A stretch of 63,861 bases of DNA, counting the filler, from Craspedostauros australis (taxonomy: Eukaryota), in assembly GCA_030167865.1 (NCBI GenBank). It is 14 parts of 14 records of this genome, joined end to end, with 100 filler letters (N's around TTAATTAATTAA, not from the genome) between each part and the next. Parts side by side here need not be neighbours in the genome. Positions count along the whole stretch, not along the records: positions 21,149 to 31,109 come from JALAGF010002255.1; positions 31,210 to 32,996 come from JALAGF010002256.1; positions 33,097 to 34,215 come from JALAGF010002257.1; positions 34,316 to 39,487 come from JALAGF010002258.1; 10 more parts are not named here. One strand, given 5' to 3'. Positions 24,708 to 36,848 of this stretch are shown one piece after another. The position numbers and the translations under genes were made by a program. The notes beneath the pieces were generated by a model. That model made no database searches, was not told where the DNA came from, and worked only from the letters and a program-made list of their open reading frames with translations. Within the stretch, counting starts at the first letter, position 1, and each line of letters begins with the position of its first letter.

Positions 24708-26132
24708 CGTGGAAAGCAGTGTCTGCTAGTATTGCTGCTTCTAGTATTGCTGCTGCTGTTGTTGTGATTATGAACACAATGGTTGTGATCAAACCAACGG
24801 TATTGGGAAAGTGAGAGCAGACTCTGTGCTTCCCTCTCACCCAGCAGAAAGGCGACCGACCAAGTTCCGGCTGCGTACTTTGCTGCACCTTCGGTTCGCG
24901 GATTTTCCAACTCCTCTGCTCTGCTCTCTGTCCCGATTGATGCGATGAAACCGGCCTCCGATTTCTCTGGTTTTCCTTTGTCCGTCAGCGTTCCTTGTTT
25001 TTCTTCCGCTCTTCCTTCGCCTCAGCCAATCGTCGTCGTCTGCCTCTCCCTCTTGTCCAACCAACACCAGAGCCTCCAAGCCTCTCTTGCACACAGGTAT
25101 AGCAGAAGTATAATGTTCTGCAATACGACCTCCAAGCCAACAACCCAGCCCAGGACTATGCGATTGCCGATGGAATGCAAAAGGGTCTCCGCACTTTGCA
25201 GTCGAGGTGCTTCGTGTTGTATTCGTATTCGTATTCGTTTTTGTGTTGTTGTGCTTGTGTTTTGTCTTTTCGTTTCTTGTACTCTGCTGTTGTGCCTGAA
25301 GACACAAGCAGATACGCCGACAAGCAACGTGGTTTTGCTTCGTTTCTTGGGCAGGGCACTTTGTGCGGCACTTCGCACGCTCAGTGGCGTATCTTTTTGT
25401 CATTTAGCCTCATGTGACGTCATCAAGCGATCACTCGAGTTGATGTGCATGTGGTACAAGTCGTACTCATTCGAATGGGTCAAATTCAGAACACAAATGA
25501 CCAGAACAAATGTCAATGCGTCCAAACAAGACGATGGACAATCGTGGTGCACATGTCTGGCAAACACGAAAAGTAGCGGGAGAATTCTGCACCAATCGTT
25601 GCAGCACAATGCGAGTAAACCAACAGGGCGCTTGTCGCAGCTGGTGCGTTTGTTCCGCGGGAGGAAGTGGCGCCGCAAGGACAACCTCGTCGCCATTTGC
25701 GCACCGTTGCTCCGGTATCGTTGTTGCTGTTGCCGTGAACCATTGTTGCTCGCAGATGAGCGATGATGGCGCCATTTCGATGCACTTTTTGCGCGTGATG
25801 CGTTTTAGCATTTCATCTCGGACAGAACAACACCTCCCACACAAAGCGCTGCCTACTCCTATCGCGCAAGGGACGATCAACATGACGTGCCAATGCACGA
25901 TCATGCAAACAAGGTGGAGTTGTGGACAAGATGGCTCTGATTCAAATTGTAATAGTTGTACTCTGATAATCATTTCTCTTCCGCGCTGTATGGATATGTA
26001 TGATGTATTGTAGGGTGTGCGGAAGTTGCAATGGTTGTATGAATCGGTTGCATGGATTGTGTTGATACACGATCATCAACATCTCTCCATCATTGCTGCT
26101 CGTTGCTACTTGTTCATTCCATGTATTCTACT

Positions 26133-26705
26133 CTAGTCTTCTTTGTGGATGCGCATTGCCTCCAACGCATCTCGGCGTCCCGTGCGAATGGCTTCTTTCA
26201 CACATCGTCTCGTCTTGTGCTCGACGAGCTCCGCCAGCCACTCTGCATGCTTGGCAATGCGATCATCACTCCGCTCCTCGTCGTCAGCTTCCAAGTCCTC
26301 CACGTCATCTTCCATCCATCGTCGTTGCTGTTCCGCAAAGACGATGTTGTACATAGCCTCGCGTCGATCCTCACACCTGCGCCATTCCAATCCGCGCAGG
26401 CAACCGTCGCCGTATCGCAGCCGTTCCCGGATGTCGCGGAACTCGGCACGTGACAGCCACACGGATTCGTGTTCGTCGTCGTCCATGTCGGCGTGGTGCG
26501 GGATCTGAATCACCGCGACGCGGAAGTCCCAGTGTACTTGTCGTCGGCGTCGGCGTGGCGCGGTGGTGGGATGTTGCGGATATTCGTCGCGTTGGTCAAT
26601 CTTGCAGTTCGTTGCGGACATGTGGGTTGGCAAGGAGCTGCAGCGTGTTGGAGAGTGTGATGACGACTTGCGGCATTCGACGATGGGGGAGTGGGGCTTG
26701 ACCAT
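26133..26705 (-). CDS. Divergent paralogue of 23703-24707
   Basis: VHW..VAVIQIPH..D..E...VW....EF..I, CLRGLE, V..EQ.R, D...IA and G..D in the same order as the neighbouring gene. Confidence 0.7.
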   Translation of the reverse strand: MVKPHSPIVECRKSSSHSPTRCSSLPTHMSATNCKIDQRDEYPQHPTTAPRRRRRQVHWDFRVAVIQIPHHADMDDDEHESVWLSRAEFRDIRERLRYGDGCLRGLEWRRCEDRREAMYNIVFAEQQRRWMEDDVEDLEADDEERSDDRIAKHAEWLAELVEHKTRRCVKEAIRTGRRDALEAMRIHKED

Positions 26706-29700
26706 TGTGCTTGTTGTGGTGTGTGTAGTAGTAGCGGTACGTGGTTGTGTGACAATGCAATGAACCTTCAGGTGATGTTGTTGCGTTGCGTTGCGTTGCG
26801 TTGCGTTGGGTGAATTGTGAGTGTGATGTTCGATTGCGTTTGTATTTGTTATTGTATTTGGATGATGATCGAGTTTGTGAGAATGATGATGAAGTTGACC
26901 CCAAGGCTCAACGCTTCCTATTCAACAAAGAGCTCTGTTGTGATAGGATGTGCATCCGACACCCACGAAGCGAACATCCGTGCATCCACAGCATCACACA
27001 ACAGAATCGGAAGGAATCAAGGAAGGATCGAAGATACGATTTGCACCAAACACGAGGTACAAACACTGACAGCACATGCGACACGCAGCAGAGACGTGCG
27101 CCATCTTCTGTGCGTGCACTGTCATCATTTTCGCTTCTGTGTGTGGAGTCAACGCAACGCCCACCCGTGCAAGCCCTGTTCGCCTTTTCGCTGTTTCGTC
27201 AATGTTCACACATGGAACTGTTCGTGGTCGAACACCACACCTCAGCCCAACCGCGAATCAATCGGCGATAAATGTGGCGTGGTGCACACAGCGCTTGAGG
27301 CACTTACGAAGTCCCTACGACAATGGGAAGAACTGGGATGGGCCGTTTCTGTGGTATCTTTCCGGCTCTGATCAACAGCTCCCATCGTCATCACCATCAC
27401 TGCCTTGGACTTGACACCAACGCGATAAGCTCCGAACGCATTGGATCGTTTCGTTGGCCGCTGTCGACGGGTGCCCCTGACTCGAGGTGTTTGGCTGCGG
27501 GAGGGCGCTCGGTTTATCTTCGTTCTCTCTGGAGGTAGCATGCTGCATGCGATTGGGTGAAGTGCAATGTTCGTCCAAGTGCGAGTGTGAGTGGATTCAA
27601 ACATCATGGCGGAGAGAAAATGAGGGAAGAGCAGAGCATCAAAGCCAAACAAGCAAATGCACACACTTCAACCTTTCAGGGAAGCGAACCTCACATGCAA
27701 CAACACATGACAGCCGCAGCCTGCAGCCCGCCTTCTTAGCCATCCACCCATCAAACACGATCATCAAACGACATCATCTTCATTCTTTCACCTGCCGTGG
27801 TATGGTACACATGCAATACATGTTGGTATCGCATTGGATCATCCGCATCTCATTGCGTTCCGGTTGGGCATGCCAGCCTTTCCACATGCCATACATAGTA
27901 AAGCACTCTGTGCGTGTCACATGCGCCCTCTTCGTTTCGTCATGATCCTCTGCGTCTGTACTCGTAACTTCGCAGTCGTGGAAGTGGTCGTATGCACTGG
28001 TTGCGAACTCGTATGTCGAAATGCAGTATATGTTCGCATTTACCGTAAACTCCATCGCATGTTTGTATGCTTGCTCAACATGAGAACAGACACACGTACA
28101 CAGTAGGACCTTCGTTGCATACAGACAGTCATTGTCGTAAACAAACAGTCAACGAACAAAGGGCACAAGTGAACAGAAAACTGGAGGTAAGGCGAAAGAG
28201 ATTTGCGAACTTGCAAGGACATAACTCGATCAAGTACGATCGAAGACAACCCAGTCACGGACCAAATGTTTCTTCAAAGAACGGAGATTATATCACCTCC
28301 AGGTCGAGTGCAGTTAATATAAAAGTTGGCTTGATGCATGTACCGCACTCGTACTCCGCAACAGCCGCGAAGACTCCTCCTCTGCCTGTTGAATCAAGAT
28401 GACACATGAAAGAGCGGAAGGAACACGTAGCGCACCAGTAGAGGTCGCGAAAGGATACTGACACACGGAGACTTCGGTGAAGAATTGGAGAAAAGAGCAT
28501 GTGTCCGCGCCTCTGCGCAGGGACGAATGCATCAGTGTCGATCTGGTCCCAATCGCCCACGATCACATCGCAGCCCACACAACAACAGAATGCTTCTCCT
28601 CTTGTGCGTCGGAAGTTTCAACAACGAAAAGACCTCCGTGTCCGGTTCCCTGATGATTGGCGTTACCTGTGCGTGTGGTCCCTCGGCGCCAATAGTCGCA
28701 GCACCCTCATCCTGTATGAGTAGCAGAAAAGCGCAAAGTAAGACAAGTGCGACAATGGTGAGGGAATCGACCTCATTTTGTGCCAGTGTCCATCAACTCC
28801 GGCGACCTGCGAGTAGCGGTTGAAACGTCGCGCGTTCATGGTGGCGGAGAGAGCAGTTTGGTCGTTGGAATGGCGAGGAACAATACGATCTTGGATCGTG
28901 TCCACGCTAATACGGTAGCGTCTTCATCCACCAGCGCTACCACGGGCCCCATCGAATGCCGGAGTGATCCTTGCCACCAGCGCCTCCAGTCTTAATCATG
29001 TCTGTGGAATGCTCTACCATACGCACACCTTCCTGCTCGAATTTACTGCGCCCGACCTACCACGCGCACAAGGTGAAACGCTGCGAAGTCCAGGGCGCTT
29101 TGTGCTCCACAGTAACACCGTCAACCAAATTCAACCAAGCCGAATGTGACGTCGCAGTGAAGCACCTTTCGTGCATCACAAGGTCATCGAAGTGGCGCCA
29201 TCGACATCCCACCAGCGATGAATCGAACATCTCCAAAGTGTCGTATTACTCGCGCTCTCTCCCTCTCTCTCTCTCTCTGGAGAGTATCAGCGTGCTATGA
29301 TCGCATGCGAGACCAATGCGACAACCCTTCCGTTCGTATCTCCACGAGAATTGAATGCGTCATGTTCGGATTCCTTCTCGCGCTTTCGTACGCAAAGTTG
29401 TGAGCTATGCGGTCTTGGGGCGGTCGAAGCCTCTGCGGTCATTCATCCCGGAAAGGCCACTTATCCTTGACAAAATGTGAAGGCACCAACAGCCACAGCA
29501 CCGCAAACAAGGAGCACCAGTCCTTCACCACCCTTCCGCCCGTGACTACCCTTGGCGTGGGGAGCCGCATGCCTCACATGATGATGAGGGGAAACGCAAC
29601 GACAGAGGAGCCGATTCAGCCCACGAAGGGAGGAACAGCGCTACCGACCCCTCATCAAGCGAGTGTCCGCATGAACACCCACCAAGAATGAGGGTGCCTC

Positions 29701-29935
29701 TCTGCTGCCTTCATCGACGACACCGCTTCTTGTTCTCAACGATCCCACAACCCTGACTTCGATCCATCATAATAACTGCAGCCAATCTTCCTCGTTGAGT
29801 ATTGATCCAACTCAACTCCACTCCACTCAGCACACATACTCGTACGAGCTACCACAACTGTCCATGCCAACACCAACTTCGCAATAGCCAATCGCCTGAT
29901 CGTGAGAGTAGATCGTACGGATTCCCGCACACACC

Positions 29936-31109
29936 ATGATCACCGTCGTTGACTCTGAGACCAATATCCATGCCGATGACGCTACGTTGGGCATGCCGTC
30001 CCGTTCTGTCGTCGATGCCAACACAGGACGTGAACGATCCAACACTCCGCAGATGAAACCGAATGCCATCGAAGATGCGAGCATGAGCAACGATGGCTCA
30101 GCAGGCCACGGCGACAGTGATGGGGACGATGGTGGTCTCCCCTTCCACAATTTGTGCTTGATTGGGAGGGACAAAGAGATTCAACTGCTCAAGAGGACAT
30201 TCCTCACAACCTGCACGCAAGCAAGAGCGCTGGCAGCAGGATCAGACGCCAGTAGCCTGGGACACGATGGAAGCAGCAGCAACCGCTCCGGAGAATTTCG
30301 AAGATCCGCAGCCTCGCATGATGGAGACGCCGCTGTCCGTATGGAGCTCCGTGACCATGACGCCCAGCCAATCATGTCCTCGTCCTCGAAGAGGAGCCTC
30401 GTTCTCATCTCCGGACATTCGGGAAGCGGGAAGACTGCCCTGGCCATGCAGGTCAAACGATTTGCATCTGCTCAAGGCAATGGCACCCACGACAACAACC
30501 GCCAGCATCGCCCCTTCCACGGATTCTTCGTCTCTGGGAAATGTGAGATCTCCAAAATGAACGCGGAACAACCATACGCCGGTATCAAATCAGCATTGGC
30601 GGATCTCTGCAACCAGATCCTTTGCCTGCCGAGAGACGAACATGACCTCGACCACGCTGTGGAAATCACAGTGCCATTGATGAAGTCTGTTGGAGAATCC
30701 ACATCATCGGAAACAGCCACAGGCTCTACGGCGGCCACCTCATCCTCGTCGAACTCATCATCGTCAATGGGCGAAGCAGATACAGATGCAGATGGGGATG
30801 TTGGCACACCTCAGAAGCGCATGCCGCACCAAACATCTTCAACCACGACTCCGGAGTACTCCTCTGCTTCCGACACGGCCGCCGGTGGTGGCAATCATGA
30901 CGATGGCGATGACCACCGTCGTCTGTCCATCCTACGAAAGCTCCTCAAGAGAGGACTGACGAGAAGTGAGATACAGGTACTCTCTAATGTCATCCCGGAG
31001 CTACCTCAAGCCGTCTATGGGAAGGAGTACATCAACCTGGTTGTTGGTAACGGTCTACAAGGCAACACGGAGGGTAAGGGCGCCAGCGACGAGGCTTCCG
31101 TCATGAGCG
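29936..31109 (+). CDS. AAA_16-type P-loop ATPase, N-terminal part; 3' partial
   Basis: LIGRDKEIQLL, Walker A LISGHSGSGKT, FFVSGK, PY..I..AL.DLC. Confidence 0.8.
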
Positions 31110-31209
31110 NNNNNNNNNNNNNNNNNNNNNNNNNNNNNNNNNNNNNNNNNNNNTTAATTAATTAANNNNNNNNNNNNNNNNNNNNNNNNNNNNNNNNNNN
31201 NNNNNNNNN

Positions 31210-32996
31210 GGAGTGCCCGGAACTCCCAAAGGTCAGACCAATGGCAGGAAGCCCGGAATACAAATTCGAGCTGATGGAACACTTCGAACAAGCTAGGTTC
31301 GGACACGAAATGGCCATGGTGATCGAAGATCACGAGTCAAGTGAGAGCAACCGCGAGCTGGTTGCACCAGACCAACATGAAGCTAACACATGGTTGGGGG
31401 ATACCGGCGCATCCTGCCACTTGACTAATAATGATGAGGGCATGACTAATGTGCGCCTCTCAAATTTCTCTGTGAAGGTGGGAAGCGGAAAATTCCTCCG
31501 TGCCACCAAGGTCGGTGATCTACGCATGCGAGTGATGCAGAAGGACGGCAAGAGCGCCATCATCATCCTGAAGGGAGTGCGTTACGTGCCTAAGCTCTGG
31601 GTCAACCTGTTGAGCATTGGCAAGGCGCTCCATAATGGATTCAACATCAGTAACAAAGGCGTGATCATCGCGTTGGATAAGAATGGGCAGCGCATCCGAT
31701 TCGATCGGATCATGGCAACTCACAGCGGATTCGTGCTCGGTGTGAACATGGTGCCTGCCCCCAAGAGTGAAGAAGTGGCGAATGTCGGGCTTGATACAAA
31801 GAAGCCCATGGATGTGAATAAGATCCATAAAATGCTAGACCACGTTGACTCTTACACGATCTCCAGGACGGCGAGACAATATGGATGGAATGTCACTGGG
31901 ACTCTCAATCCATGCGAGGACTGCGCAATCGGAAAGGCGAAGCAAAAACGCCTGACCAAAACTCTCCAACTACGGGCGAAGAAGGTTGGAGAACGAATCT
32001 TCATGGATACTTCAAGCGTCCAAGCAACGAGCTTCGGACACGGAAAGTACTGGTTGCTGGTCATCGATGACTACAGCGACTACTGCTGGAGCTACTTCGT
32101 TAAAGAAAAGAGCGAAGTCGGTCCCAAACTACTATCCTTGTTGAAGTGGCTATCAGGCAATCAACAAGTGACAGTGAAGAATGTCAGGTGTGACAATGCC
32201 GGAGAGAACTACAGCGCAGAGGCCCTACTATTAAGAGCAGGCTTCGCCCCAAACTTCGAAACAGCCTTCCTGCATGGAGATCTCGAGGAAGAGATCTACA
32301 TGCAATGCCCCAAGGGAATGGAGCATGAACCGGACGAATGCCTGCTGCTGAAGAAGACCATCTACGGGTTGGTTCAGAGCGCAAGGCAATGGAATAAGAA
32401 GCTTGTGGACATCCTGATCAAGCTTGGCTTCCGGCAGAGCAAGGTGGATCCATGCCTGCTAATTCGGAATCGGGAAGGGAACCTCGTCCTCATCGGGACG
32501 TACGTTGATGATTGCCTGTGCATCGGAAGCACCCTCGAACTGAAGCGCCTGGTACAAGACATCAAGCGAGAACGATTCGGAATCAAGATCGAGGATGGAC
32601 TCGAAGACTACTTGAGTTGCCGGATCGAATTCAACGAGAGCGAAACCAACTGCTGGGTGAACCAGCCACACATCATCAAGAACATCACGGATACGTTCAA
32701 GAGCGACGTGACGAAGCTTCAACGATACGGAACCCCAGGCACACCAGGCCAAGGGATCCAGAGGAACAGTGAAGCACCCAAGGTCGACAAGGACCGACAC
32801 AGCAGATACCGCAGTGGAGTGGGCATGCTGCTATACCTGGTGAAGCATTCGAGACCAGACATCGCGAATGCAGTCCGAGAGCTCACGAAGGTGTTGGATG
32901 GACCAACGGCCGCAGCATACAAGGAGATGCTGAGAGTGATGAAGTTCGTATCGGACACGAGAGAGTACGGATTGAGGATGGAGCCCAAGCCGTTGA
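31210..32996 (+). mobile_element. Ty1/copia pol: protease, GAG-pre-integrase, half integrase fused in frame to RT
   Basis: WLGDTGASCH (protease), H...DH..C.DC, IFMD..YWLLVIDDYS..VRCDNAGEN (integrase), then directly ETAFLHGDLEEEIYM..YVDD (RT). One uninterrupted frame. Confidence 0.93.
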
Positions 32997-33096
32997 NNNN
33001 NNNNNNNNNNNNNNNNNNNNNNNNNNNNNNNNNNNNNNNNTTAATTAATTAANNNNNNNNNNNNNNNNNNNNNNNNNNNNNNNNNNNNNNNNNNNN

Positions 33097-34215
33097 AATG
33101 ATCGTTGCTGGCGACAATGGTTTCAGAGCAGTGCAACAGATCCATAACAGTCGGCGATCGCTCGATTTGTTGGGGCGTGATGCTGTATCACTTCTTGCAC
33201 ATCAACATGCACACAACATTTGATTGAGACATGAACACTTTCATCGCACACATTCTGATCATCCCCCTCCCAACATCTCCGCAACACGAACAACATCAAC
33301 ATGAGGATCACTCTTGGAGCCAAGGTCGCTTGCAGATGCGGGCCTCGTCGGTCCAACGCACCTCGCAAAAAGCATGGCTACATCGTGGGACGCACAATCA
33401 AGGTTCTTCCCAAACACAACTGGATTGTCCATTGGGAATCCTTGGGTGTCGTATGCCAACACAGTTCCCAAACCCTCATTTGTCTGGAAGGCAATGAAAG
33501 TCCACTTCCTGACACCAAGGTCGAAGAATACATTCAAACCATCTTCGTTGGAAAAGGAGTTGCAGCATTGGATGCTTTTGCGAAGAGCCACAGATTCCTC
33601 CCGCCACCAGAGGCGATCACTGGACCAGCGGATGCACCTGCAGTCAGCCAAGACTTGGGTGTTGGGATGAACTCTCCATCCAGCAACATTCTCCCGAGCA
33701 ACAATCCGGCTGCAACTTCTCTACCACTGAACTCTCCTCCCAGCAACATTCACCTGACCAACGTTCCGGCCGCAACTTCCCAACCAACAAACTCTTTGCA
33801 CACGCCCCCAACCAACAAAGTCAGTATTGACGGCGGATCCGAAGAGCCGGAGGATGACGCATCTATGGATTGCAACATTGACAACAACTTTGACAACGAC
33901 GTGTTGAATTATGCAATTGAGATGGAGGAACAAACCCTCCACTATGAACCACATCATGCAGAGAAGGCCACACTGATCTCCGACAACACCTCCATCAGCA
34001 TGGGATCTCGAGCCGACGTAATGACGTGGAAGGTTGTACCAGATGACCACATTGGCAGCCCCAAAGATGGATCTTCACGGGAGTGGGTGGGGGTTGCAAA
34101 CTTTGACTTCGCCAACCTAACTGTCGCGGGAAGGGGCAGGGACAGCAGGTACCAACGTATCAACATGCTGCATCTCCTACAGCACATGTGGCCTGGCAAC
34201 TGGAAGGCCCAGGTT
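33097..34215 (+). mobile_element. Second, partial copy of the piggyBac-like element (5' region; ORF from 33301)
   Basis: Collinear with the reverse complement of about 11785-12903. Reads MGSRADVMTWK where copy 1 has a stop. Confidence 0.9.
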
Positions 34216-34315
34216 NNNNNNNNNNNNNNNNNNNNNNNNNNNNNNNNNNNNNNNNNNNNTTAATTAATTAANNNNNNNNNNNNNNNNNNNNNNNNNNNNN
34301 NNNNNNNNNNNNNNN

Positions 34316-34727
34316 ACGGCGAACGATATCAAGACCGGAGAGGAGCTCATGAAGGAGGATTTCATCATGAAGAATCCCAAGTGGCTCAAGGAGTTGCAAA
34401 TCATGGTAAGCAGCCTTGTCAGTGCACGAGCATTGTCGTGCGTTTGTTGAGTTGAGCATGTGTTTTTTGTGCCTGCTGCGATGTCCAGGAGCAGTCGATC
34501 AAGGAAGCGTCCCTTCGTTGCTCTACACCACCGGCGGTTCAATCTTACTTACCCTTGCTGTTGGCTTTCCTCGCCTCACCCATGCTTTGCTACAATTGCA
34601 CGAACCAACGGATGGACAGGTCAAGACGAAGAAGAAGGCGGAGATCCAGGCGTTGTCATCCTTTGGTTTCCAGTACATCACGGAAGTCTACCTTCCACGC
34701 AAACTGAGGGAAGGAGATTGGATATGA
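34316..34727 (+). CDS. TOP6A: DNA topoisomerase VI subunit A (SPO11-3), last two exons: 34316-34405 and 34620-34727
   Basis: The spliced peptide [65 protein letters not shown] matches the plant SPO11-3/TOP6A C-terminus as I recall it. GTAAG...CAG intron at 34406-34619. Confidence 0.88.
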
Positions 34728-36848
34728 GCGCAGCTGCTACAGCCACTGTCCCAGGTTTGTGCCACTCGACTCTGCCGCTGACATATGTGGAACAGGAACA
34801 ATCCTGGTTCGTCTCTCGAGCACAACAGGGGAGAGCATGAGCCCTTGAAAAAGAAACCTCGACCTCCACACTCGGCTCTTCCGTGATGTACAGTAATACA
34901 AATCCCATTTTCAATCCACATGTTTACAGCAGCCTCCATTGATCGGCGTATCCCTTGGTTCGTTGCTCCATTCACGTCTATCTGCGAACGTCCAATGACC
35001 ATTTGTTCTTGTTGAGTCGTTAGCAACGGTGTCACCATTATACTGGTCATACCAATGGGCACATACGTGAACAAGTACCATACTTTCGTGTCCTCGCAGC
35101 TCGTAGTCTGCCAGCAGCAGAAGGTTTGAGCTTTGCCCATGGTCGACATTGTCTCGTGCTACGATCTCATTCCGATCACCTCTCTTGGACGGGCACCGAC
35201 GACATGAATTGTTGCGGCGAAGCGTTCGTAGGCGAACCCCTCGCTTGATTCGTCGGATGGCGCCAAATTCCAATGCGCATCCACAACATGACGACGACCA
35301 CACAAGGACATGATCGAAACAAGCGACACACGAAGCAAACCCAGGCCAGAAACCACTTCCATAGTATCCCCTGATACTGTCAATGTATTCTGGTGATCAG
35401 GTGGAAGGGAATGCGCGCAGAAACGACAGGGCCTGTGCTCGTTGCGGTGTTGTCACCACGACTAGTCGTATCACAGCGATTACCATTGCTGCTGCCATTG
35501 CGATTAGATTTCAATCCTAATGGCGATGCTATTGCCTCTTCTCCTGTTGTTCCTGTTGCATTTTTCGTTTCTGTTGGCATTGCGATCAGCGTCCGAGCAC
35601 AATCCCCATTGTCGTCGCTTTTGCGATACGGAGACATGTTCCCCTTTCTGTTACCATTGCGATTACCTTTGCTGTTGCTGACGCGAATGATCTTGCGATT
35701 AGATTTTGATTCCGCCTGTATCTCCATCGGCATGGCGACCACAATTTCTGTCGCCATCTTTTGTCGCCGTTTCTGTTGCCTTCGCGATCACCACTTCAGT
35801 TGACGTCGCGATCAGGATACGCTGGTGTTCATAGACTCTGCAAATATTTCCATCGGGGTTGGAACAGGATACTCTACCGATTCTACAGATCTAATCGGTG
35901 CATTGATTTTCGATGGTACACGACCGAACTGCGACCATGTCATAGAGTGCACGACGAGCGGCTATGACACCACCTTCTGGACGCATCCGTTCAACAATTC
36001 GTCCATGTTTTCTCTCTCTTTTCCTCCTAGTTGCCACCACAAACAGCATCAACAGCATGAGCAATATCAGAACCCAAGAAGGAAGGACGGCTCCCTCGTT
36101 CTCGACGAACATGCCGAAAAATCCTCCGCGTGATATACATTCCTTCTCGCACCTGCCTCCACCTCCGACATTGGCCGCCAACCGATTGAGACATGCGACC
36201 AGCTAACATGGCGCAACTTCCAACGAACTCCGGCAAGGTGACGATCGCCTCCGTTGCACGAATGATGCCGTGTGTCACGCCATGCCACGCCCGGTCGCCG
36301 AAAACAGGTATGCTTGTCTGCAACGGCAACAGAATTGACCGAGAGAGTAACCAATGTGCTCTCTATGGGTGCATAAGTCCCACATCATGGATCCACATGG
36401 CATCTCGTTGGTTGGAGTTTGCCGTCTCACATGAGGAGATCTCCCTCCAGGATCTGCATCCCAACGCTCCAAACCAAACCAAACCAAAGCAGGGAAGAAC
36501 GACGACCCAAGATCGTTGCAGGTGCAGCATTTCAATGTGCATTTGCGGTTGCACTTGGGCAGAATGAGTATGTGCACTACGGCCAGTCACCACCAACAAC
36601 GCCATACGAACTACGAGTATGCTGTGACAACCACGCCACTAGCCCAACAGAGGAGTTGGATCGAACAATCCACCACTTCATCAATCAAATGATGTACTCA
36701 CAAAAACAAAAGCCAAGCCAAGGCAAGAGCAAACACAGTACGCAATCAAATAACTTTTGATTTCGTCACCGCCAGCAGCAACAGCTGTAACTATCACCTC
36801 ACCACAAACTCCCACCAACAGATTCTCCCATCCACTGGAATCATCATC

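Noticed and set aside
24945..29900. Numerous 60-270 aa ORFs in intergenic DNA (other than 26133-26705)
   Set aside because: No motifs or codon bias; the composition is typical of UTR or intergenic sequence.
34316..34405. SET-domain C-terminus (DIKTGEEL)
   Set aside because: The spliced continuation [14 protein letters not shown] identifies TOP6A/SPO11-3.
34900..36200. Possible minus-strand gene with a hydrophobic segment and short GCGATT/CCATTGC repeats
   Set aside because: Frames are broken by stops, and I could not build a consistent splice model or recognise a domain.
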